Below, in pieces: positions 9,012 to 17,504 of a DNA stretch of 64,000 nt. The notes beneath the pieces are model-generated. The model saw only the letters and a list, made by a program, of their open reading frames with translations. It searched no databases and was not told where the DNA came from. Position 1 is the stretch's first letter, and each line of letters starts with the position of its first letter. The stretch comes from Polyangiales bacterium (lineage in GTDB: Bacteria; Myxococcota_A; Polyangia; Polyangiales; Polyangiaceae), in NCBI GenBank assembly GCA_038231275.1, contig JBBRLQ010000003.1, positions 44,340 to 108,339 of the forward strand, given 5' to 3'. The position numbers and the translations under genes are program-made.

Positions 9012-10275
9012 GCGCGGTGTCCGTCGTCACAGTCGTACGCGCCGGAGAGCGACGCAAGAGGGCCCGCGCCGCACGCTGCGCGCTCGCGAACGCGGCGTCG
9101 GCGAGCATTCCGTCGGGGCCGACCCAGTCTCCCGCGAGGTGCACGCCGGCGAGCCCCGCGGCGTCGGTGTCGGGTCGTCCGGCAGGCGTCACCACGGCGT
9201 TCACCACCGTCATTCGCGCGAGGAATCGGCGCGCGACCACCGAGGCGCGCCACTCGGGGTGGGCGAGGTCCATGAGCGTCTCGAGCTCCGCCTCGTCGGC
9301 GCGCGCATCGATGGGGGCGCGCGGATCGATGTACTTTGCAACTTGCAGCACCGTCGTCCCGTCCCTTGCGAGGCGCGCCGCATCCGAGTGGACCGAGTAA
9401 TACGTCGGTCGATCGATCCCGAGGACGAAGCGGGGGACCTTGGCGGGGAGCGGACGGAGGCACAGGTCGAGGCAGGCGGCGTGGATGGGAACGACGTCGA
9501 ACGTCGCGCCCGTGAGCTCCGCGGCAGCGTGGGGGCCGAGCGCCAGCACCACGTCGTCCGCGTCGAGGGACTCCTTTCCGAAGCGCACCCGCCACGCGCC
9601 TTCGCGTCGCGTGAGCTCGGTGGCCGTGGAGCCCACGAGGAGCCGAACGCCCGCCCGCTTCGCCGCGTCCTCGAGGCCACGTACGATGCTCGCCCACCCG
9701 CCGTCGACGTACATCACGCCCTCCTTCTGCGCGTGCGCGATCTGCGCGAAGGCCTCCCGCGCCGAGAGGAGGTGCGGAGCGTTCGTGTACGTCGAGAGTC
9801 GCGCGAGCGCCGACAGCAGCGCGCGAAGCCCAGGATCGCGCACGCGTCGCGTCAGCCAGGTGTCGAGCGTCTCGCCCTCCTGCGCGAGGTCGGGTCCCAT
9901 CGTCGCGAGGATGGGCGCTGCCTCGATGCGTGCGCAGAACCCCAAGAGCGGCGAGGTCAGAAGACTCGCAGCGCCCATCGGCAGCGGAACGAGGCGACCT
10001 GCGTGGTACGCGAGCGGCGCATCCAATCGCGGGCTCGCTCCGGTGTACGCGACGCCGAGCTCGCCGAGCGTCTCCATCGCAGGACCCCCGCGGTACAGTG
10101 CGTGGGGCCCCTGGTTCACCGTCGCCGCTCCGAGCTGCGGCGATCCCGCGCGCCCTCCGGGCGCACCCGCGCGCTCCAGGAGCATCACGTGCTTGCCGGA
10201 GCGCGCCGCCAACGTCGCCGCCGCCAGCCCCGCGAGCCCGCCGCCGATCACGATCACCCGTCCATTTTCCGCCAT
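8992..10275 (-). CDS. FAD/NAD(P)-binding oxidoreductase (phytoene desaturase / amine oxidase-like fold)
   Basis: N-terminal Rossmann dinucleotide motif VIVIGGGLAGLAAATLAARSG...VMLLERAGAPGGRAG. Its 3' end overlaps the ECF41 sigma start by 20 nt on the same strand, so the two are probably co-transcribed. Confidence 0.8.
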   Translation of the reverse strand: MAENGRVIVIGGGLAGLAAATLAARSGKHVMLLERAGAPGGRAGSPQLGAATVNQGPHALYRGGPAMETLGELGVAYTGASPRLDAPLAYHAGRLVPLPMGAASLLTSPLLGFCARIEAAPILATMGPDLAQEGETLDTWLTRRVRDPGLRALLSALARLSTYTNAPHLLSAREAFAQIAHAQKEGVMYVDGGWASIVRGLEDAAKRAGVRLLVGSTATELTRREGAWRVRFGKESLDADDVVLALGPHAAAELTGATFDVVPIHAACLDLCLRPLPAKVPRFVLGIDRPTYYSVHSDAARLARDGTTVLQVAKYIDPRAPIDARADEAELETLMDLAHPEWRASVVARRFLARMTVVNAVVTPAGRPDTDAAGLAGVHLAGDWVGPDGMLADAAFASAQRAARALLRRSPARTTVTTDTAHAESHC

Positions 10276-10398
10276 GGTGGAGCCTCCACACTCACCACGC
10301 GCGAGCCTTCCGAAAGGTTACAGGCAGCCTTTCGCCGCGGTAGCCCCAGCCCCGGAGCGGTGTTAGGAGGGGCCGTGGGTGCGGAAAAAACGTGCAAA

Positions 10399-10992
10399 AT
10401 GCGCGTCGAGGGCGAGGCGTCGACCGGTACGGTCCTGCTCGAGACGGACTACCTCCTCTTCCGTGGAGACGTGCGCATGCGCCTCCCCTTCGCCGAGATA
10501 CGCGGCGCCATTGCGAAGGACGGCGTCCTCGTTCTGTCGCTCGGCCGCGGCAAATCGATCGAGCTCGAGCTCGGCGCCGTGGCCCTCCGCTGGGCTGAGA
10601 AGATCACGAAGCCAAAGGGCATCGTCGACAAGCTCGGCGTGAAGGCCGGCGCGCGCGTCGCCCTCGTCGGAGACTTCGACGCTCCCTTCGTCCGCGATCT
10701 CGAAGACGTCGGCACGGCCGTCACGGTCGGCGCCCGCGGGAAGATGTTCGACCACGTCCTCTTCGCCGCCGAGAAGGCCGCCGCGCTCACGAAGGTGGCG
10801 CCGCTCGCAGAACGAATCGCGCCCGCCGGCGGCGTGTGGATCGTCTACCCGAAGGGGAAGAAGGAGATCCGCGAGGCCGACGTGATCGCCGCCGGCCGCG
10901 CCGCGCGCCTCAAGGACGTGAAGGTCGCGCGCTTCAGCGAGACGCACACTGCGCTTCGCTTCGTCATCCCTGTCGCTCGCCGGGGTGCGTGA
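10399..10992 (+). CDS. hypothetical protein
   Basis: This is the terminal 197 codons of the spurious 729-aa track ORF 8803..10992; I verified the ATG at 10399 by codon counting. Protein-like composition; its stop overlaps the next gene's ATG. Confidence 0.5.
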   Translation: MRVEGEASTGTVLLETDYLLFRGDVRMRLPFAEIRGAIAKDGVLVLSLGRGKSIELELGAVALRWAEKITKPKGIVDKLGVKAGARVALVGDFDAPFVRDLEDVGTAVTVGARGKMFDHVLFAAEKAAALTKVAPLAERIAPAGGVWIVYPKGKKEIREADVIAAGRAARLKDVKVARFSETHTALRFVIPVARRGA

Positions 10993-11702
10993 TGGCGCAC
11001 GTCCTCGTCCTCACCCACACGAAGGACGAAGGCCCCGGTCTGATCGCGCCCGCGCTCCGCGCGAAGAAGCTCGTTCCGCGTGCGATCCGCGGCTACGCGG
11101 GCGGGACCATCCCCGCCGAGGTCGGTCGCGCGCGCGGCCTCGTCGTGATGGGCGGTCCTATGGGCGTGCGCGACACCTCCACGCATCCGTTCTTGAAGGA
11201 CGAGATGCGCCTCATCGAGAAGGCGCTCCGCGCCGAGATCCCGATCCTCGGCGTCTGCCTCGGCAGCCAGCTCGTCGCGAGCGTGCTCGGCGCTCACGTC
11301 TCCCGCGCGACGGCGCGCGAGATCGGCTGGCTCCCCGTCGAGCTCGCCCCCAGCGCTGGGCGCGATCGCATCTTCGCAGGCGTCAAGTCGCCGCTCGTTC
11401 CCTGCCATTGGCACGGCGACGTCTTCACGTTGCCGCCCGGCGCGGTCTCTCTCGCCCGCAGCGCCCGCACGCGTTGCCAGGCCTTTCGCTACGGCCGCGC
11501 CGCGTACGGCCTCCTCTTCCACATGGAGCTGACGCGCCCCGGCGTCGCGCGCATGTGCCGCGCCTTCGCCGCCGAGCTCGCCGCCGAGAAGCTCACCGCC
11601 GCCGACATGCTCGCCGGCGCCGACAAGTGCCTCCCCAAGATCGACCCCATCGCCCGCGGCATCTTCGCCCGCTGGGCCGACGAGTGCGCGCGAGAACGTT
11701 AG
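10992..11702 (+). CDS. class I glutamine amidotransferase-like protein (GATase1)
   Basis: Nucleophile elbow GVCLGSQL and a downstream His (LLFHMEL). The ATG at 10992 is codon 53 of the track ORF and overlaps the preceding stop. Confidence 0.8.
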   Translation: MAHVLVLTHTKDEGPGLIAPALRAKKLVPRAIRGYAGGTIPAEVGRARGLVVMGGPMGVRDTSTHPFLKDEMRLIEKALRAEIPILGVCLGSQLVASVLGAHVSRATAREIGWLPVELAPSAGRDRIFAGVKSPLVPCHWHGDVFTLPPGAVSLARSARTRCQAFRYGRAAYGLLFHMELTRPGVARMCRAFAAELAAEKLTAADMLAGADKCLPKIDPIARGIFARWADECARER

Positions 11703-11920
11703 AAACTCGTTTTCAAGGGGTGTGAAGGGCCGCTCTCCGAAGGAGAACAGAAGTGGATGCCCAGCCCGTCCACTTCACGAAATTGTCGGCCGGCCTGATC
11801 CGAGCCCATTTCTGTTCGTCCGAGAGCACACACTCGCGCGAGCTGCTCGCGGAAGCCTCGAACCTATTTGGCGCGTTCGGCCCATCGCGGCGCGGCATGC
11901 GGGTTGCTCAAGGGGCGGCC

Positions 11921-12673
11921 ATGCGAAGCCCCTTTCCCCATCGTCTCCTTGGATTCACACTTTCCGCGGCGTGCGTCGTCGTCGCGTGCAGTAGCGGCTC
12001 CTCCGATCCCGGCACAGCCGGCGACGCGAGCAGCGGCTCCAGCTCCAGCTCCAGCTCTTCGAGCAGCGGCTCCAGCGCCAGCTCCAGCTCTTCGAGCAGC
12101 GGCTCCAGCGGTTCGAGCAGCGGCTCGAGCGGGAGCAGCGGGAGCAGCGGGAGCAGCGGGAGCAGCGGGAGCAGCGGGAACGGCGACGCGGGCGGCGACT
12201 CCGGCTTCGATGGGGGCCGCCCGGATTGCACGAACGAAAACCACGAGCCGAACGAGACCGAAGCCGCCGCCGCGACGCTGCCCGACATCGACGACTGCGA
12301 CTCGAGCGCCACCAACGTGACGAGCGTGGCCTCGGGCACCGCCGACGTTGACGCCTTCAAGTTCGTCGGCAAGGACACGGTTGGCTGCCTCGTCGATCCG
12401 ACCGCGCAGATGAACGTCGCCGGCGCCGAGCTGTGCATGTTCGTCGCTTGCAAGACCGGGACGGCGAACGTTTCGAAGTGCAGCGCGGGCGCGGCGTCGG
12501 CGACCTCGCCCGGCGGCAAGCCTGGGTGCTGCATCCAGACCACCGATCCGCTGACGACGACCTTCGCGTGCGGCGGCTCCGACGATTCGGCCGACGTGTA
12601 CCTCCGCGTGAAGCAGCTCGCGAGCAATCCGACGAGCTCGTGCCTTCCCTACCAGATCGCGTACCACTTCTGA
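11921..12673 (+). CDS. secreted lipoprotein with Ser/Gly-rich repeat linker and Cys-rich C-terminal domain
   Basis: Signal peptide plus lipobox (MRSPFPHRLLGFTLSAACVVVAC|SSG); a long (GSS)n linker; a C-terminal ~150 aa domain with 8 Cys. An alternative ATG lies at 11897. Confidence 0.6.
   Translation: MRSPFPHRLLGFTLSAACVVVACSSGSSDPGTAGDASSGSSSSSSSSSSGSSASSSSSSSGSSGSSSGSSGSSGSSGSSGSSGSSGNGDAGGDSGFDGGRPDCTNENHEPNETEAAAATLPDIDDCDSSATNVTSVASGTADVDAFKFVGKDTVGCLVDPTAQMNVAGAELCMFVACKTGTANVSKCSAGAASATSPGGKPGCCIQTTDPLTTTFACGGSDDSADVYLRVKQLASNPTSSCLPYQIAYHF
12031..12180. repeat. in-frame trinucleotide/9-mer microsatellite (AGC/GGC)n encoding the (GSS)n linker
   Basis: ggctccagctccagctccagctcttcgagcagc ... 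gggagcagcgggagcagcgggagcagcggg. Confidence 0.6.
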
Positions 12674-12712
12674 CCGCGGGCACCCCCGTCGGTTGTCGGG
12701 TAAAGTTCGACG

Positions 12713-13675
12713 ATGCGCTCGCTCAACGCACGCGTGGGTCTCTTCGCTGCCGCCGGCGCAGCGGTCCTCGCGTGCTCGGCGCTTTACGACGTCTCCGCGC
12801 TCGGGCCTGGCGACGTCGCTGGGGCCGACGGCGGCGACGCGGGCGGCCTCACCGACGCGGGTCAAGACAGCGCGATGGGTGGCGACGGCGGCGGGACCGG
12901 CTCCGATGCTCCGCCCGGAAACGACGGCCAGCCCCCCGCCGACGCGCGCACCGACGGGCCCTCCAAGACGGACGCCGGGTGTCCCATCGGCGAGGGTCCG
13001 GCGATGATCCGCGGAGAGACGACGTGCATCGATGCCACCGAGGTCACCCGCGGGCAGTACTTCACGTTCCTCCAATCGGGCGTCGGGGCAACCTTCGCGC
13101 CGGCGATTTGCAATTGGAACACGTCGCTGCTCCCGACGGAGGGCGGCGGCGCCCCGTACCCGTGGCCGCCGACGGCGACGGACATGGACTCGCCGATCGC
13201 GCGCGTCGATTGGTGCGACGCCGCGACGTACTGCGCGTGGGCGGGCAAACAGCTTTGCGGCACCGTCGCCGGCGGCGCCACGCTGAATTACACCGACTTC
13301 ACCGACGCCGCGGTCTCGCAGTGGTACCAGGCCTGCTCACGCAACGGCGCGCGGCAGTTCCCCTACCCAGGCCCTTACTCGCCGGACGTCTGCGCGATCG
13401 ACGTCGACGCCGGCGGCCCCTTCGGCGTAGCGCGCGTCGGCGGCTACCCCGGTTGTGAGGGAGGCTACGCGAAAATTTTCGATATGGTCGGCAACGTCTA
13501 CGAGTGGCTCGACAGCTGCACCGGCGACGGAAAGGCCGACAACTGCAACGTCGCCGCGGGCGGAAGCGTCGCGACGTCGGGCGTGCAGTTCAACATGGAC
13601 TGCGCGGAGATCCTCACCTACGGCCGCGACCAACACATCTCCTACATCGGCTTTCGCTGTTGTGCGCGCCCCTAG
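12713..13675 (+). CDS. formylglycine-generating enzyme (FGE)/SUMF1-domain lipoprotein
   Basis: FGE-sulfatase domain signatures TEVTRGQYFTF, DMVGNVYEWL, GFRCC; N-terminal signal peptide with lipobox (LAC). Confidence 0.8.
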   Translation: MRSLNARVGLFAAAGAAVLACSALYDVSALGPGDVAGADGGDAGGLTDAGQDSAMGGDGGGTGSDAPPGNDGQPPADARTDGPSKTDAGCPIGEGPAMIRGETTCIDATEVTRGQYFTFLQSGVGATFAPAICNWNTSLLPTEGGGAPYPWPPTATDMDSPIARVDWCDAATYCAWAGKQLCGTVAGGATLNYTDFTDAAVSQWYQACSRNGARQFPYPGPYSPDVCAIDVDAGGPFGVARVGGYPGCEGGYAKIFDMVGNVYEWLDSCTGDGKADNCNVAAGGSVATSGVQFNMDCAEILTYGRDQHISYIGFRCCARP

Positions 13676-13686
13676 CGGACGGGGGC

Positions 13687-13724
13687 GTAGAGCAAGCGTC
13701 GTTACTACGTAACGCTTGCTCTAC
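13687..13724. terminator. perfect 13-bp stem / 12-nt loop hairpin (GTAGAGCAAGCGT...ACGCTTGCTCTAC) between convergent genes; candidate bidirectional terminator without a U-tract
   Basis: gtagagcaagcgt-cgttactacgta-acgcttgctctac, 12 nt after the stop of the FGE-domain gene and 54 nt from the convergent gene's stop. Confidence 0.45.
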
Positions 13725-13777
13725 CCATCAAGTGGGTCGCGCCAGTCGTTGCCCGCTACGGTCAAACGACTTCTGCT

Positions 13778-14584
13778 CTACCGGGAACCGCCCCAGATAT
13801 AGAACGCTGCGGCTCCCCCAGCTGAGAGCAAGCTCACGACGAGCGCGATGTCGGCAACGAGGAAGCGGGTGCGCACGGCGGAGATCTGCGCGTCGGCACA
13901 ATGCGGCGCGCACTGCCTGTCGAGATCGCGGTACTCCGACGCGCCGGTGAGGCCGAGATACGCGAACGCGCCGAGCGCGGCCAGCGAAACGCCGCCGAGC
14001 GCGTAGACCGCAGGTGAGATCGCGCGGCCCGCCGGCTTCTTTTCCGATGCGAGCGGCGGCGGGGAAAGGAGCGGGGCGGGCGAGGTGGTGGGGGGCGGGG
14101 CCGGGTCCCTCGCCGCCGGCGCGGGGCGGACCAGGTGAAGCGTCACCACGCGAACGCCTTCTCCTTCGCGCAGGACGAGCTGCTCGCTCGCCGGATCGAA
14201 GCCGGTGGCCTCGTACCTCAAGGCATGCGGCCCCGGATCCACCCGGATCGCGCGCGCCTCGTTGGACTCCGCGACGATGGCCCCATCGAGGAGGAGCCGC
14301 CCGCCGGTCACGTCGTGCCCGTCGCCGTCCTTGGAGTTGACGACGATCGATGGAATCCGCCGATCGACGTCGGTGAGCCATTCCGTGCAGGATGCACGCA
14401 CCACTCCTGGGCACTCCCGCTGCGCGCACGCGACGAGGAGGGCGCGCGCGTCGACGAGCCTGAGCTCATCGCGAAGGACCTGCCCGCGCTCGGCTTGCTC
14501 CGCGCACTCGGCGGCCCTTCCCGCCGCATGGGCAGCGGTGGAGAGAGAGAGGAGGAAGAGGGCGGGGAGAAAGCGCGGGGGCAT
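13778..14584 (-). CDS. hypothetical exported/membrane protein, last gene of the activator-kinase operon
   Basis: Signal peptide (MPPRFLPALFLLSLSTAAHA), a Cys-containing extracytoplasmic domain, a Pro-rich stretch and two C-terminal TM helices. It starts 22 nt after the kinase stop on the same strand. Confidence 0.55.
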   Translation of the reverse strand: MPPRFLPALFLLSLSTAAHAAGRAAECAEQAERGQVLRDELRLVDARALLVACAQRECPGVVRASCTEWLTDVDRRIPSIVVNSKDGDGHDVTGGRLLLDGAIVAESNEARAIRVDPGPHALRYEATGFDPASEQLVLREGEGVRVVTLHLVRPAPAARDPAPPPTTSPAPLLSPPPLASEKKPAGRAISPAVYALGGVSLAALGAFAYLGLTGASEYRDLDRQCAPHCADAQISAVRTRFLVADIALVVSLLSAGGAAAFYIWGGSR

Positions 14585-14606
14585 CGCGTTGGGGGAGGAG
14601 CAAATA

Positions 14607-15935
14607 CTAGAGCAAGCAGTCGCGGTTGAATTGTCGTCGACCGGCGTCGTCGACGAAGTAGGGGACGCAGGGCTTTGCGCGGGCGGCGTGCGTCGGAGTC
14701 GGAGTCGGAGTCGCGGTCGGAGTCGGAGTCGCGGTCGGAGTCGGAGTCGGAGTCGGAGTCGCGGTCGGAGTCGGAGTCGCGGTCGGAGTCGGGGTCGGGG
14801 TCGGAGTCGGAGTCGGGGTCGGAGTCGGAGTCAGCGTCGCGGTCGGGGTCGGGATCGTATGGAGGGACCAGGCTGCGGCCGCGGCGGCGGTGGTGAGGAG
14901 CGCGGCGGCGGCGAGGGCCAGCGGGCGGCGGCGTGCGCGCGACGGCGCGCGAGCTGGGATGGTGAAGTCCGGCGGGACGGCGCTCGTCGTGAGGGCGGCC
15001 TCGATGGCGGCGACTTTTTGGTCACGCTCGGCGAGTGGCGCGGCTGCGGTCTTGGCGACCCACGCCGCGATCTCGGCCGGGAGCGCGGGGGCGATGCAGG
15101 GCTCGAGGGCCAGCGCCATCTCGAGGCCGCTCGCGTAGCGTTGCGCGGGATCGCGGGCGAGGGCCTTGAGGACGACGGCATCGAACGCCGGAGGGACGCC
15201 GCGGGTGACTGTGGAGGGCGGCGGGACGTCGTGATCGAGGATCTTCTGCATCACGCCCGCCTCCGTTTCGGCCACGAACAGCCGCTTCCCCGTCAACGCC
15301 TCCCAGAGAACGACCGAAGCCGCGTAGAGATCGCTGCGAGGCGTGAGGGTGTCGCCGTGGAGCTGCTCGGGCGGCATGTACGGCAAGGTTCCGCGGATCG
15401 TGCCCTCGCGGGTCGTGCTGTTGCGGCCGTGCGCCTTGGCGATGCCGAAGTCGAGGAGGCGAGCGGTGCCGTCGGCGGACACGAGGACGTTGCGCGGGGT
15501 GACGTCGCGATGCACGAGGTGAAGGAGCGCGCCGTCGGATCCGCGCGCGTTGTGGGCCGCGTGGAGGCCACGAAGGACATCGCGGACGACGGCGGCGGCG
15601 ATCGCGGGTGGAGCGGCGCCGCTGAGCGCGAGGAGGCGCTCGAGCGTCTCGCCGCGCACGTACTCGAGGACGAGGAACGCTTCCTCTTTCGCCTCGATCA
15701 CGTCGAGCACCTGCACCACGTTGGGGTGCGCGATCCGCGACGCCAGGCGGGCTTCTTCCAGCAAAATTTCCCGGAAGGCCTCGCTCGCCGCCAGGTGCGG
15801 GTGCAGACGCTTGATCGCCACGAGCCCGCCGAAGCCGGCCGCGTCGACCCTGCGCCCCAGGTGCACCGTCGCCGTGCCGCCGCTCGCGATCACGTCGCAA
15901 AGGACGTAACGGTCGTGGATCCGCTCGATCGCCAT
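14607..15935 (-). CDS. Hanks-type Ser/Thr protein kinase with TM segment and (TP)n repeat linker
   Basis: Kinase subdomains: Gly loop IASGGTATV, VAIK, HRDVTPRNVLV, DFG, and GTLPYMPPE in the activation segment. C-terminal TM helix, then TPTPTPTPTATPTP..., then a short Cys-containing tail. The ATG lies 3 nt after the activator stop. Confidence 0.9.
   Translation of the reverse strand: MAIERIHDRYVLCDVIASGGTATVHLGRRVDAAGFGGLVAIKRLHPHLAASEAFREILLEEARLASRIAHPNVVQVLDVIEAKEEAFLVLEYVRGETLERLLALSGAAPPAIAAAVVRDVLRGLHAAHNARGSDGALLHLVHRDVTPRNVLVSADGTARLLDFGIAKAHGRNSTTREGTIRGTLPYMPPEQLHGDTLTPRSDLYAASVVLWEALTGKRLFVAETEAGVMQKILDHDVPPPSTVTRGVPPAFDAVVLKALARDPAQRYASGLEMALALEPCIAPALPAEIAAWVAKTAAAPLAERDQKVAAIEAALTTSAVPPDFTIPARAPSRARRRPLALAAAALLTTAAAAAAWSLHTIPTPTATLTPTPTPTPTPTPTPTPTATPTPTATPTPTPTPTATPTPTATPTPTPTHAARAKPCVPYFVDDAGRRQFNRDCLL
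14692..14856. repeat. hexanucleotide microsatellite (GAGTCG/GCGGTC/GGGTCG)n of ~27 units, encoding the (TP)n linker of the kinase on the minus strand
   Basis: gagtcggagtcggagtcgcggtcggagtcggagtcgcggtcgg... uninterrupted for ~165 nt, in frame. Confidence 0.75.
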
Positions 15936-15938
15936 TTC

Positions 15939-17318
15939 TCAGCGGCCGCGGCGCGCGCGCACGGTATAGAAATAGCGACGCGCGATGCCGGACGCCGCCG
16001 CGGCCTTCGAGATGTTGTTGCCGTGCTCGGCGAGCATCTTGTCCACGTAACGTTCCTCGAACGCTTCGAGCACGCGCTGGCGGGCCTGGGGGAAGGGGAG
16101 GCCGCTCGCGACGACCTCGGCGATGACATCGCTCGCCTCGGGTTTGCTGTCCGCGCCGGGTGGCGGCGACGTGCGCCGGAGGCCGTCCATATCCGCGAGA
16201 TCGCCGAGGGCGACGCGGTTGGCGACGGCGTTGTAGAGCTCGCGCACGTTCCCCGGCCAGGTGTAGCCCTCGAGACGGTCGAGCAGATCTTCGGGCACGG
16301 GCTCTGCGTTTCGGCACAGGCCGCGCCAGAACGTCGCCGCGAGCAAGCGCACGTCCCCACGGCGCCGGCGAAGCGGCGGGAGCTCGATCCGCGCGACGGC
16401 GAGTCGGTAGTAGAGGTCGTCGCGGAAGCGGCCCGCCTGGATTTCGCGCTCGAGATCCCGCCGCGTCGCGGCCAGGATGCGCACGTTCGTCTTGATCCAG
16501 CTGGTGCCGCCGAGGCGCTGTACCTGGCCCGATTGCACCGCGCGGAGGAGCTTCGCCTGCAGGCCCACGTCGAGATCGCCGATCTCGTCGATGAGGAGCG
16601 TCCCGCCGTTGGCCTCCTCGAAGACGCCCGGACGCGCCGCGATCGCGCCGGTGAACGCTCCCTTCTCGTGGCCGAAGAGCTTGGCCTCCATCAGGCTGGG
16701 CGCGAACGTCGTGCAATCGAAGACGACGAACGGACCGCCCGCCCTCGCGCTCGCCTCGTGGAGCGCCTCGGCGAGGAGCTCTTTGCCGGTCCCCGTCTCC
16801 CCTTCCAGGATGACGGGCACGTCCGACAACGCGAGACGCTGGCAGATCGGGTAGAGGCGCATCATCTCGGGGCTCGACCCGATGACGCGCCCGAAGCGGT
16901 TCGCCCCTTCGAGCTCGGTCTGCACGATCTCCCCGAAGCGCACCGCGATCGTGGTGTCGCCGACGCGCACGAGCTCCCCACCGGCGAGGAACGCCTCGAC
17001 CACCGGAAACGCATTCACCAGCGTGCCGTTCTTCGAGTCGAGATCCGTCAAGCGCACGCGCCCGCCGTCGAACTCGAGCGCCAGGTGGCGGCGCGAGACG
17101 AGCGGATCGGACAGGCGCAGCTGGCACGCCTCACTCTTGCCGACGTACACGCGGCCCGGCGACGACGCATCCATGCGCGCGCGCCCGCCCACGTCAGGCC
17201 CGGCGATCACCTCGAGCTGCACCGTCGGCACGGCGAACGTCGGGCGCGCGGTGACGGGCCTCTCGAGGGTCGACGATTCGCTGGGCATCGCCGAGCTCGC
17301 GTTGCGGAGGGGCTGCAT
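15939..17318 (-). CDS. sigma-54-dependent transcriptional activator with N-terminal FHA domain (FHA-AAA+-HTH)
   Basis: FHA core (GRVYVGKSEACQLRLSDPLVSRRHLALEFDGGRVRLTDLDSKNGTLVN); AAA+ sigma-54 interaction domain (GETGTGKELLAEALH, GAFTGA, GTLLIDEIGDL); C-terminal Fis-type HTH. Start set to the ATG at 17318 (codon 27 of the track ORF). Confidence 0.9.
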   Translation of the reverse strand: MQPLRNASSAMPSESSTLERPVTARPTFAVPTVQLEVIAGPDVGGRARMDASSPGRVYVGKSEACQLRLSDPLVSRRHLALEFDGGRVRLTDLDSKNGTLVNAFPVVEAFLAGGELVRVGDTTIAVRFGEIVQTELEGANRFGRVIGSSPEMMRLYPICQRLALSDVPVILEGETGTGKELLAEALHEASARAGGPFVVFDCTTFAPSLMEAKLFGHEKGAFTGAIAARPGVFEEANGGTLLIDEIGDLDVGLQAKLLRAVQSGQVQRLGGTSWIKTNVRILAATRRDLEREIQAGRFRDDLYYRLAVARIELPPLRRRRGDVRLLAATFWRGLCRNAEPVPEDLLDRLEGYTWPGNVRELYNAVANRVALGDLADMDGLRRTSPPPGADSKPEASDVIAEVVASGLPFPQARQRVLEAFEERYVDKMLAEHGNNISKAAAASGIARRYFYTVRARRGR

Positions 17319-17454
17319 CGTGGCCGCGGAGGATAGTCGATAGGCGGATGGGCGCACGCCACGATGGGAGCGAACGGCGCCCATCCTTGTTCGCATTCGA
17401 GCCCAACCTCCGGTCTCCGAGCGCTAACCGATGGAAACCATTCGAAGGTGGGGG

Positions 17455-17470
17455 AGGCACACACGTTGCT
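17455..17470 (+). promoter_or_regulatory. sigma-54 (-24/-12) promoter candidate, aGGCAC-N5-TTGCt
   Basis: GGCAC-acacg-TTGC gives exact GG-N10-GC spacing and matches the TGGCAC-N5-TTGCW consensus at all core positions. It sits ~35 nt upstream of the lipoprotein ATG (17505), in the intergenic region shared with the divergent FHA-sigma54 activator gene. Confidence 0.6.
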
Positions 17471-17504
17471 CTAGCCGGGCTGTCCGCAACTGGAGGTTAC
17501 CCTG

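Noticed and set aside
8803-10398. 5' ~530 codons of the 729-aa plus-strand ORF 8803..10992
   Set aside because: It overlaps the ECF41 sigma and FAD-oxidoreductase genes on the other strand and is an Arg-rich artefact. Only the last 197 codons (from the ATG at 10399) form a plausible gene.
11401-11440. TGGCAC...TTGC pair resembling a sigma-54 promoter
   Set aside because: The spacing between GGCAC and TTGC is ~15 nt instead of 5, and it lies inside the GATase coding sequence.
14675-14896. 73-aa ORF encoding an (SE)n repeat (MRGRRASESESESRSESE...)
   Set aside because: It is the antisense reading of the hexanucleotide microsatellite that encodes the kinase's (TP)n linker. It is not an independent gene and not a CRISPR array (no unique spacers).
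14205-17336. 1043-aa plus-strand ORF spanning the kinase and activator genes
   Set aside because: It is antisense to two genes with unmistakable kinase and sigma-54-activator motifs. Its translation is Arg/Ala/Gly/Asp low complexity, typical of high-GC antisense frames.
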